Source: Allobaculum fili
GTDB taxonomy: Bacteria; Bacillota_I; Bacilli_A; Erysipelotrichales; Erysipelotrichaceae
Direction of reading: 5' to 3'
NCBI RefSeq assembly: GCF_020969955.1
Contig: NZ_JAHDSX010000025.1
Coordinates: 1 to 32,000, forward strand
Length of the DNA stretch: 32,000 nt
This document shows positions 8,135 to 15,330 of the stretch, one piece after another (position 1 is the stretch's first letter; the number at the start of each line of letters is the position of its first letter). A program made the position numbers and the translations under genes. The notes beneath the pieces are model-generated. The model saw only the letters and a program-made list of their open reading frames with translations. It did not search any database and was not told the DNA's origin.

Positions 8135-8800
8135 ATGCAGACCGTGCAGGCGGTCGTCGGTTCGGTTCAGTCGTTTGTGGATAATGCCTCGGCGGCTTAC
8201 CGGCCGGTCGCTCAGCGCGCAGTGGAAAATGCGGAAGCGCCAAACCGGGACAAGACGTGTCATGGCGTAATTCTTTCGGACGGGGAAATCGTAATCCGGG
8301 ACTACGTATGTGCCGATATCCGCTCCCCGCGCTGCATGGGATATCTTACCGTAACGAATAAGCGCGTCCTCTTTAACGGAGAAGGCAGCGGAAGCCGGAT
8401 CGCTCAGCAGGCCTGGATTGACGGCGTCACCGGCGTTACCGCCTATTACGGGCGCGACATTCAGATTTCGATGGTCGTTGGCGGAGCACTTCTTCTTCTC
8501 TGTTCCCCCTTTGCAGCGATGGTCAATCCGCTCGTACTGTTTCTGTTTATGGGGCTGGGGATCTTACTGATCATTGTCGGCCTGATGCAAAAATGCTTCA
8601 AGCTGAGCATTCATTCCAGCAACTACACCGGCAACAGTATTTCGTTTGGGAGCGGGCCGACCAACATGCTCGGCAATGCGGCGCTGCTTTCGCTGACCGG
8701 CGGCCCGACTGTCGACACCAACAAGATGATGGATGAGCTCGGCGCTCTGATTCAGGATCTTCAGACGCAGGGCGATCTGGCCATCAAAAAATGGAAATAG
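8135..8800 (+). CDS. PH/GRAM-like domain protein with a two-helix TM hairpin; C-terminal part of the same split frame
   Basis: This ORF is in the same frame as 7808..8071, and all 21 codons from 8072 to 8134 are sense codons. GYLTVTNKRVLF is a bacterial PH/GRAM-like signature. The two hydrophobic helices are VVGGALLLLCSPFAAMV and LVLFLFMGLGILLIIVGL. No Shine-Dalgarno sequence precedes ATG 8135. Confidence 0.6.
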   Translation: MQTVQAVVGSVQSFVDNASAAYRPVAQRAVENAEAPNRDKTCHGVILSDGEIVIRDYVCADIRSPRCMGYLTVTNKRVLFNGEGSGSRIAQQAWIDGVTGVTAYYGRDIQISMVVGGALLLLCSPFAAMVNPLVLFLFMGLGILLIIVGLMQKCFKLSIHSSNYTGNSISFGSGPTNMLGNAALLSLTGGPTVDTNKMMDELGALIQDLQTQGDLAIKKWK

Positions 8801-8823
8801 CCGATCGAAATTCTGCGATCGCA

Positions 8824-8864
8824 ACAAAGACAGGCATCGGCTTTCGCTGCCTGTCTTTGTTTTG
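8824..8864 (+). terminator. intrinsic terminator
   Basis: A 12-bp perfect stem pairs ACAAAGACAGGC (8824-8835) with GCCTGTCTTTGT (8849-8860), followed by TTT. Confidence 0.7.
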
Positions 8865-8878
8865 GAAAGGAAATCGAA

Positions 8879-9178
8879 ATGATTGATATTAATGTAAATC
8901 GTCTCGCAAAACGCATTCAGGAAGAGTGTCCGTACCTCGATGCGCAGGCGGCAATGTATTACGCCAGAGACTTTCAGCGCACCTTTGAAGACGGCTCGAA
9001 ACCCGCACTGGAGCGATGGATGAATCATGAGCCGTTTGAGACGGATGAAAAATATACCGTTCCTGTGATTCAAAAAATTCACAGAGCCGGAGGAATTGTG
9101 GAAGCATTCCGTCTTTACGATCTGTGGAAAAAAGATCCCGTCCTGGGCGAACGGCTCATCTGGCAGGGACCGCGCTAA
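8879..9178 (+). CDS. hypothetical 99-aa protein, first gene of the B-C-D unit
   Basis: AAAGGAAA precedes ATG 8879. No family was recognised. The gene ends 15 nt before the next gene on the same strand. Confidence 0.55.
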   Translation: MIDINVNRLAKRIQEECPYLDAQAAMYYARDFQRTFEDGSKPALERWMNHEPFETDEKYTVPVIQKIHRAGGIVEAFRLYDLWKKDPVLGERLIWQGPR

Positions 9179-9193
9179 AAGGAGCAGAAAGTC

Positions 9194-11380
9194 ATGAACT
9201 TACGACAGATGCGCTTTGCGCTTATGAGCGATGAAAAGCTCTATCAGTCTTTTGCTTCTTCGAACTGGAACCGGATGAGCGTCGAAAACCGGAAGGCAGC
9301 GCTGCAGGAGCTGGGCAATCGCGTCGCAGACGAATACGGGATTGAACGCCGGCCGATGTGGTTTGAACCCATGAGCGGAGGACGCTTCGGATCTTTTGAT
9401 GAGAATGAAAATGTCGTATGCCTCAACCGCTACCTTGTGGAAGAAGGCCGGCAGTATATGGCGGAAAACGGGCAGCTGTATTACTGCGATCGTACGGATG
9501 CGCCGGCCGAACTGGTGAATACGGTTTATCACGAATACTATCACGCCTATCAGCGGGATGCGATCGACGGAAAAGTGACGCATCCGGATCCCATGGAAGT
9601 CAAAGTCTGGGAAAGCAATTTTAAACGGGATGCGGGCAATCAGCTCGTGAACTACTACAGCAATCAAGACAAAGTGGATCCGCGCTATAACGTCCAGTCC
9701 GGGGAGCGAACAGCCGACCGCAAAGGAGAAGAAGGCGTTCGAAAAGTTTTTGAATCCAACGAAAGAACTCTCGGCAAAGACCAGATGTATGAAGAGTATA
9801 AAAAATCGCATGCCTGTGATTCATATTCCAGACACCTTCAGGATGCGATCAGCCAGTTACAGGATCCGAACATCGAAGAAAATCTCGATAAAGAGATGCT
9901 CATGAAATACTGCGATGATCATGGAATCGACTATAAAGCAGAGGACAGCTATAAGGATGTCTGCAATCGGATTCGGCAGGCAGAGCATCCAGAACTTGGT
10001 CCAGCTAAGCCCGCTTCCGAAAAATCTCTGCTGACCCCGGAACAGGAGCGGCTTAAGCAGTACATGGATGATCATGGATACAGTCCGGAAAACCAGACGG
10101 AGTATAAGCGGGATCCGGAATGGCAGCGGCTGCATCAGGCAGTTTATGGAGAACGCGAAGGCATAAATAACTTGCCGCCGGATCCCTCTTTCCACAAAGA
10201 AGCGGAAAAGGCCGAGCAGGAAGACCAGACGATCAACAGAGAACTGAACACGGAGGTTTTACCAAAGAAAGCGGAAGAAGCTGCCGAAAGCGAAGACCAG
10301 GATCAGCAGGAAGGCGAAAGCAAAACAGCGGAAGAGACCGAGGACGAATCTGAGGCTGAAAGCGAAGGTCAGAGCGAGCAGGAAGGCGAAAGCGAAGCGG
10401 TCGAAGAGACCGAGGACAAATCCGCAGCCGAAAGCGAAGATCAGACTGAACAGGAAGATCAGGTCGAGTCCGATGAACTGAACATGGACGACTCCCCCGA
10501 AGAAAGTGAAGACGAAACTGAGCAGGAAGATCAGAGTGAAAGGTCTGAAGAGACCGAGGACGAATCTGAGGCTGAAAGCGAAGATCAGAGCGAACAGGAA
10601 GAGGAAAGCGAAGCGGTCGAAGAGACCGAGGACAAATCCGCAGCCGAAAGCGAAGATCAGACTGAACAGGAAGATCAGGTCGAATCCGATGAACTGAACA
10701 TGGACGACTCTCCCGAAGAAAGTGAAGACCAGAGCGAACAGGAAGATCAGGTCGAGTCCGATGAACTGAACATGGACGATTCTCCCGAGGAAAGTGAAGA
10801 CGAGACTGAACAGGAGGATCAGGTCGAATCCGACGAATTGAACATGGACGACTCTCCCGAAGAAAGTGAAGACCAGAGCGAACAGGAAGATCAGGTCGAG
10901 CCCGATGAACTGAACATGGACGATTCTCCCGAGGAAAGTGAAGACGAGACGGAACAGGAGGATCAGGTCGAATCCGATGAACTGAACATGGACGACTCTC
11001 CCGAAGAAAGTGAAGACCAGAGCGAACAGGAAGATCAGGTCGAGTCCGATGAACTGAACATGGACGATTCTCCCGAGGAAAGTGAAGACGAGACGGAACA
11101 GGAGGATCAGGTCGAATCCGACGAATTGAACATGGACGACTCTTACGACGAAAACGAAGACCAGAGAGAACAGGAAGATCGGAACCATTCGGATGATGTA
11201 AACATGGATGAATCGGCAGATCAGGAAGAAGAAACATCTGAAAACGAAGAACAGGCCCAGTCCGAAGATCAGAGTCTGTCCGATGAGCCCAGCATGGAGG
11301 ACGGTTCTTTGCCATCAGACAGCGGGGAGAGTTCCTCTAAAGAGGAGGAAGAAGACGAACAGAAGGGCATATCCTACTGA
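9194..11380 (+). CDS. HExxH (zincin-like) N-domain protein with a ~390-aa polyacidic tandem-repeat tail
   Basis: AAGGAG precedes ATG 9194. HEYYH with a following AYQ lies at nt 9530-9553 (residues 113-120). An internal duplicated motif (K.Y.DDHG...YK.D) occurs near residues 240-300. From about residue 336 to the end the protein is almost only D/E/S/Q/T, built from 24-aa units (DELNMDDSPEESED[ET/QS]EQEDQVES). Confidence 0.85.
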   Translation: MNLRQMRFALMSDEKLYQSFASSNWNRMSVENRKAALQELGNRVADEYGIERRPMWFEPMSGGRFGSFDENENVVCLNRYLVEEGRQYMAENGQLYYCDRTDAPAELVNTVYHEYYHAYQRDAIDGKVTHPDPMEVKVWESNFKRDAGNQLVNYYSNQDKVDPRYNVQSGERTADRKGEEGVRKVFESNERTLGKDQMYEEYKKSHACDSYSRHLQDAISQLQDPNIEENLDKEMLMKYCDDHGIDYKAEDSYKDVCNRIRQAEHPELGPAKPASEKSLLTPEQERLKQYMDDHGYSPENQTEYKRDPEWQRLHQAVYGEREGINNLPPDPSFHKEAEKAEQEDQTINRELNTEVLPKKAEEAAESEDQDQQEGESKTAEETEDESEAESEGQSEQEGESEAVEETEDKSAAESEDQTEQEDQVESDELNMDDSPEESEDETEQEDQSERSEETEDESEAESEDQSEQEEESEAVEETEDKSAAESEDQTEQEDQVESDELNMDDSPEESEDQSEQEDQVESDELNMDDSPEESEDETEQEDQVESDELNMDDSPEESEDQSEQEDQVEPDELNMDDSPEESEDETEQEDQVESDELNMDDSPEESEDQSEQEDQVESDELNMDDSPEESEDETEQEDQVESDELNMDDSYDENEDQREQEDRNHSDDVNMDESADQEEETSENEEQAQSEDQSLSDEPSMEDGSLPSDSGESSSKEEEEDEQKGISY
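10331..11191 (+). repeat. nested in-frame tandem repeats: 216 bp x2, then 72 bp x7 (alternating A/B types, i.e. a 144-bp super-unit)
   Basis: GAAGAGACCGAGGAC... starts at 10331 and again at 10547, a period of 216 bp. GA[TC]GAA[CT]TGAACATGGACGA starts at 10472, 10688, 10760, 10832, 10904, 10976, 11048 and 11120, plus a degenerate copy at 11192. Copies 10688-10759 and 10976-11047 are identical. Copies 10904-10975 and 11048-11119 are also identical. Confidence 0.9.
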
Positions 11381-11436
11381 TTCCTCCCAGCTAGTCCAAT
11401 GCTTCAGCCTCAATGTATGGAAGAAAGGAAAAGAAA

Positions 11437-12747
11437 ATGGAATACAACGAACAGATTCTCAGCGGTGAATATCTTCATGATGATCTGACTTACGTAGAAC
11501 AGACGGCAAAATTCGGCCTTCCCGGAACGCTTCGAACCGGGAACAGTGTACTGCTCTGTCCGGGTGAGCAGATGCTGTCACGCCATCTGCTTCTGCTTGG
11601 CGGAATTGGAAGCGGCAAATCCAACTGCTTCAATCACCTGATCCGCAATGTCCGTGCCGGACTGACCGGACAGGATGTGCTGATCATTTTTGATACCAAA
11701 GGCGACTATTACGATGAGTTTTACTGTCCGGGCGATGTCGTCATCAGCAACGATGCCCGGGCTACCGGCGGCGCTGGTTTTGACTGCTGGAACGTCTTTA
11801 ACGAAGTCATGATCGATGACCGCGTCGAAGAAAACGTCTACGAAATTGCCGGTACGCTTTTTTATGACAAGATTCACAACAGCTCGCAGCCGTTTTTCCC
11901 AAATGCGGCGAAAGACCTGTTTACGGCGCTGATGCTGCACATGAACCGCTCCGAGAAAATGGCGGCGCATCACAATAACAAGGCGCTCCGTTCCATGCTG
12001 GATACGTTCTCTCCGGAAGCCATGAAGAAAATTCTTCTTTCCTATCCCGATCTGAAGTCGATGAGTACGTATATTGATGATCCGAAGTCCGGACAGACAA
12101 TGGGCGTCGTCTCGGAACTGCAGCAGGCAGTGCGGGAAATTCTGATCGGCAATTTTAAGCAGAAGGGAACGCTCTCCATGCGGGAACTGGTTCGCCAGAA
12201 AGGCGGCCGTGTCATTTTCATCGAATATGACACGGGCATCGGCAATCTGCTTACACCGATTTATAAGCTGCTGGTCGATCTGGCAATCAAGGAAGCGCTC
12301 TGCCGCAAGAGCAACGAAGGAAACGTTTATTTCATGCTCGATGAATTCCGGCTGCTTCCGCATCTCGAACACATTGACGACGGCGTCAATTTTGGACGAA
12401 GCCTGGGCGCCAAGTTCGCGATCGGAATTCAGAACGTGGATCAGATTTCGGCAGCGTATGGCGAAAACCTGGCGCGAAGCATTCTTTCCGGTTTCGCGAC
12501 AACGTTCGCTTTTCGGGTCAACGATTCCAATTCCCGCGGCTACATCAAGGATCTTTATGGAATGAATCTGCGTTCGGCAAGCTTCCTGTCCAATATCACG
12601 TCAAGAGGACTGGTCGAGCAGATTCGGGAAACGACGGTCGTTGAAGACGTGGATATCACCCGGCTACAGATTGGCGAAGCCATTATCAGTACGCTGGGCA
12701 TGCCGCCTTTCCGCTTCCGGTTTGATGAGTTTTTCTCGTCGCGCTGA
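11437..12747 (+). CDS. VirD4/TraG/TraD-like (type IV coupling protein-like) P-loop ATPase lacking an N-terminal TM anchor
   Basis: AAAGGAA at 11424-11430 precedes ATG 11437, an internal start of ORF 11413..12747. Walker A is LLLLGGIGSGKS (nt 11599-11622). The T4CP-like blocks are FDTKGDYYDEF, CWNVFNEV, QPFFPNAAKDLFTALMLHM, Walker B YFMLDEFRLLP, and GAKFAIGIQNVDQISAAYGENLARSILSGFATTFAFRVND. There is no hydrophobic N-terminal segment. Confidence 0.8.
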   Translation: MEYNEQILSGEYLHDDLTYVEQTAKFGLPGTLRTGNSVLLCPGEQMLSRHLLLLGGIGSGKSNCFNHLIRNVRAGLTGQDVLIIFDTKGDYYDEFYCPGDVVISNDARATGGAGFDCWNVFNEVMIDDRVEENVYEIAGTLFYDKIHNSSQPFFPNAAKDLFTALMLHMNRSEKMAAHHNNKALRSMLDTFSPEAMKKILLSYPDLKSMSTYIDDPKSGQTMGVVSELQQAVREILIGNFKQKGTLSMRELVRQKGGRVIFIEYDTGIGNLLTPIYKLLVDLAIKEALCRKSNEGNVYFMLDEFRLLPHLEHIDDGVNFGRSLGAKFAIGIQNVDQISAAYGENLARSILSGFATTFAFRVNDSNSRGYIKDLYGMNLRSASFLSNITSRGLVEQIRETTVVEDVDITRLQIGEAIISTLGMPPFRFRFDEFFSSR

Positions 12748-12820
12748 CTTTGGAATGCGATCCGCACCCCGTAAGGTACTCACAGAAACGGTTCGCAGAT
12801 CGCAAAAACCAGAGAATAAA

Positions 12821-12861
12821 ACCCGTCCGATCGAAATTTTGGCTCGATCGGGCGGGTTTTG
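12821..12861 (+). terminator. intrinsic terminator marking the right edge of the accessory cassette
   Basis: A 13-bp stem pairs CCCGTCCGATCGA (12822-12834) with TCGATCGGGCGGG (12844-12856), with one G-U pair. It is followed by TTTT. Confidence 0.7.
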
Positions 12862-13117
12862 TAGGAATGCGTCTGCTTGTGGAAAGGAAACGACGGTTTT
12901 CGGAAAGGATCGGATCGGGAAGAAAAGTGCGCTTTTTGACGGCAGGGAGAACGGTTGTACGGGTGACTCGGGCGTTTTCGATCCAAATCGGGTCAAATGT
13001 GAATGAAACGTGTACACCAAAGCAAGAAGTTTTCATTTCATTTTCAATTATTTTCATGAAAAAAACGTACAAAGCACACAAAAACGCAGAAATAAGGGAA
13101 GGGCACGGGAAGATATG

Positions 13118-13145
13118 TTGAGATTATCGGTTTTGCGTTTAATAT
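13118..13145 (+). promoter_or_regulatory. candidate sigma-A promoter of the liv-type operon
   Basis: TTGAGA (13118-13123), a 16-nt spacer, then TAATAT (13140-13145), about 30 nt upstream of ATG 13176. This is a pattern match only. Confidence 0.3.
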
Positions 13146-13175
13146 TTAAGCTATCTTTTTAGAAAGAGGAACAAA

Positions 13176-14375
13176 ATGACAAAACACTTCTGGAAAGCAG
13201 CCGGAGCCACATTACTCTGCACATCCATGCTCGCTGGCTGCTCAAGCACTCCTGCAACTGGCAGCAGTACCGCAGATTCTGCTGCAGGCTCTTCCGCCAA
13301 AGCTGGCGATACCGTTAAAATCGGTCTCAACTTCGAGCTGACCGGTCAGGTCGCTGACTACGGCACAAAAGAAATTAACGGTGCGAAAATCGCTGTACAG
13401 CAGTTCAACGCCCGTGAAGACAAGCCCTTCACCGTAGAAACGGTTGAATTTGATGACAAGGGCGAACCGGCTGAATCGGTTGCTGCAATTACGAAACTGA
13501 TCGAACAGGACGGTGTTGTCGGCGTTGTCGGACCTGCGACTTCCGCAAGCTCCATCGCTACGTATGAATTTGCGACATCGAAGCAGGTTCCTGTAATTTC
13601 TCCTTCCGCAACGCAGGTAAACGCCATGCTCAAGGCAGATGGTACACCATATGAATATGCGTGGCGTGTCTGCTTTGAAGACAGCTATCAGGGCAAAGGC
13701 ATGGCGGAATATGCCTACAACAATCTTGACGCGAAAAAAGCCGTTGTCCTGAACGAAGTATCCGACTACGGTTCCGGCCTGGCCGAAGCCTTCACCGAAG
13801 AATTCGAAAGCCTCGGCGGCGAAGTTCTCGACCGTTCCGAATACCAGTCCGGCGACAAGGATTTTGCAAGCTTCATTACCAAAATCAAAGACCTCGACTT
13901 CGATGTTATTTACGTTGGCGGCTACTATAACGAAGCAGCCCAGATCGTAAAGGCAGCCAAGGCAGCCGGCATTGAAAAACCGATCATCGGTGCAGACGGA
14001 TTTGACTCCGCTGACTTCATCCAGCAGATCGGCAACGACTACGCCAACAATATTTATTACACAACCGCCTACACAGCGATTGATCCAAGCGAAGAACTGT
14101 CCAAGTTCATCGAAGACTACAAAGCAGCATACGGCGAAGAACCAAGCATGTTTGCGGCGCTTGCCTATGATGCAACCAACCTGCTCCTCTCCAGTCTCGA
14201 AACGTCCGGTGCGACGGGTGCAGAACTGAACGAAGCCATCAAGAAAGCAGACTTCTCCGGTATCACTGGATCCTTCACATTTGATGAGACAAACCACACT
14301 CCAGCAAAATCCGTTCTCGTTGTTGAACTCGTTGACGGTGTTCAGTCCAACGTCAAGGAAGTAAGCGTAGAATAA
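13176..14375 (+). CDS. livJ: branched-chain amino-acid ABC transporter substrate-binding lipoprotein (LivJ/LivK type)
   Basis: The signal peptide has a lipobox (LCTSMLAGCSS). The product shows type-I periplasmic-binding-fold features (KIGLNFELTGQVADYG, VVGVVGPATSASS). It sits upstream of livHMGF-type genes. Confidence 0.88.
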   Translation: MTKHFWKAAGATLLCTSMLAGCSSTPATGSSTADSAAGSSAKAGDTVKIGLNFELTGQVADYGTKEINGAKIAVQQFNAREDKPFTVETVEFDDKGEPAESVAAITKLIEQDGVVGVVGPATSASSIATYEFATSKQVPVISPSATQVNAMLKADGTPYEYAWRVCFEDSYQGKGMAEYAYNNLDAKKAVVLNEVSDYGSGLAEAFTEEFESLGGEVLDRSEYQSGDKDFASFITKIKDLDFDVIYVGGYYNEAAQIVKAAKAAGIEKPIIGADGFDSADFIQQIGNDYANNIYYTTAYTAIDPSEELSKFIEDYKAAYGEEPSMFAALAYDATNLLLSSLETSGATGAELNEAIKKADFSGITGSFTFDETNHTPAKSVLVVELVDGVQSNVKEVSVE

Positions 14376-14398
14376 GCTGAAAACCTGAATCCATTCAG

Positions 14399-14428
14399 AA
14401 AGCAGGGGTCTGATCCCCTGCTTTTTTC
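14399..14428 (+). terminator. intrinsic terminator or attenuator between the binding-protein gene and the permease genes
   Basis: GCAGGGG (14402-14408) pairs with CCCCTGC (14415-14421), followed by TTTTTT. Confidence 0.6.
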
Positions 14429-14448
14429 AAAAGAAAGGAGAACTCCAT

Positions 14449-15327
14449 ATGGAAGTGTTTCTGCAGCAGGTGATCAACGGACTGTCGCTTGGCAGTATTT
14501 ACGCGCTGGTCGCCCTCGGCTATACGATGGTGTACGGAATCATCAAACTGATCAACTTTGCACACGGCGACATCTATATGATCGGTGCCTACACAGCCTT
14601 TTTCGTAACTACCTACATGGGCATGAGATTTCTGCCGGCCCTGATCGTGTGCATGATCGTCTGCGGAATTCTCGGTGTACTCATCGAACGCATTGCCTAT
14701 CGTCCTCTGCGAAAGGCGCCCCGTATTACCGCGCTGATTACCGCGATCGGCGTCAGCTATGTCATTGAATACACGACCCAGATGTTCATGGGCACGTCCA
14801 CAAGAACGTATCCGAAGCTTCTGCCGGATACCTCATGGCAGCTCGGTCCGGTTCGTATTTCCTATATTCAGATGGTCATCTTTACCGTAACGATCGTACT
14901 GATGATTCTTCTGACGCTCGTCATTCAGAAAACAAAAATCGGCCGCGCGATGCGTGCCGTTTCCGCTGATGAAAATGCCGCCAAGCTGATGGGTATTTCC
15001 GTCGACAATACGATTTCCTTCACCTTCCTGATCGGTTCCGCCCTCGCGGGCGCGGCCGGTATGCTGGTCGGTGTGTACTACAACGCAGCCAGCCCGCTGA
15101 TGGGTATGGTTCCTGGTCTGAAAGCGTTCGTTGCGGCCGTATTCGGCGGCATCGGCTCCATTCCGGGCGCGCTTGTGGGCGGTCTGTTTATCGGCGTTGC
15201 CGAAACGCTGGTCGTTGCCTACGGCTCCTCGCTGTACCGCGACGCCATCGTGTATGCCATCCTGATTCTGGTGCTGATCATCAAGCCGACCGGTCTGTTT
15301 GGCAAGAACGAAAGAGAGAAGGTGTAA
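14449..15327 (+). CDS. livH: branched-chain amino-acid ABC transporter permease
   Basis: AAAGGAGA RBS. The 292-aa polytopic membrane protein starts MEVFLQQVINGLSLGSIYALVALGYTMVYG, a typical LivH N-terminus. Confidence 0.9.
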   Translation: MEVFLQQVINGLSLGSIYALVALGYTMVYGIIKLINFAHGDIYMIGAYTAFFVTTYMGMRFLPALIVCMIVCGILGVLIERIAYRPLRKAPRITALITAIGVSYVIEYTTQMFMGTSTRTYPKLLPDTSWQLGPVRISYIQMVIFTVTIVLMILLTLVIQKTKIGRAMRAVSADENAAKLMGISVDNTISFTFLIGSALAGAAGMLVGVYYNAASPLMGMVPGLKAFVAAVFGGIGSIPGALVGGLFIGVAETLVVAYGSSLYRDAIVYAILILVLIIKPTGLFGKNEREKV

Positions 15328-15330
15328 TCC

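Noticed and set aside
10331-11191. The regular 72-bp periodicity could be mistaken for a CRISPR array.
   Set aside because: The units abut directly with no unique spacers. The whole array stays in frame inside a 728-aa ORF. No cas genes or leader are present.
10233-11315. Two ~310-360-aa minus-strand ORFs across the acidic repeat, with periodic translations (…RPCSVHR…, …FLFSLVFTF…).
   Set aside because: They are reverse-frame echoes of the plus-strand tandem repeat. Only the plus-strand frame is continuous with a non-repetitive N-domain and has an RBS-supported start.
7520-12861. Calling the cassette a mobile element (ICE, prophage or transposon).
   Set aside because: I found no integrase, recombinase, transposase, relaxase, tRNA target or flanking direct repeats. 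Only the T4CP-like ATPase hints at conjugative ancestry, so the type is left as an accessory cassette.
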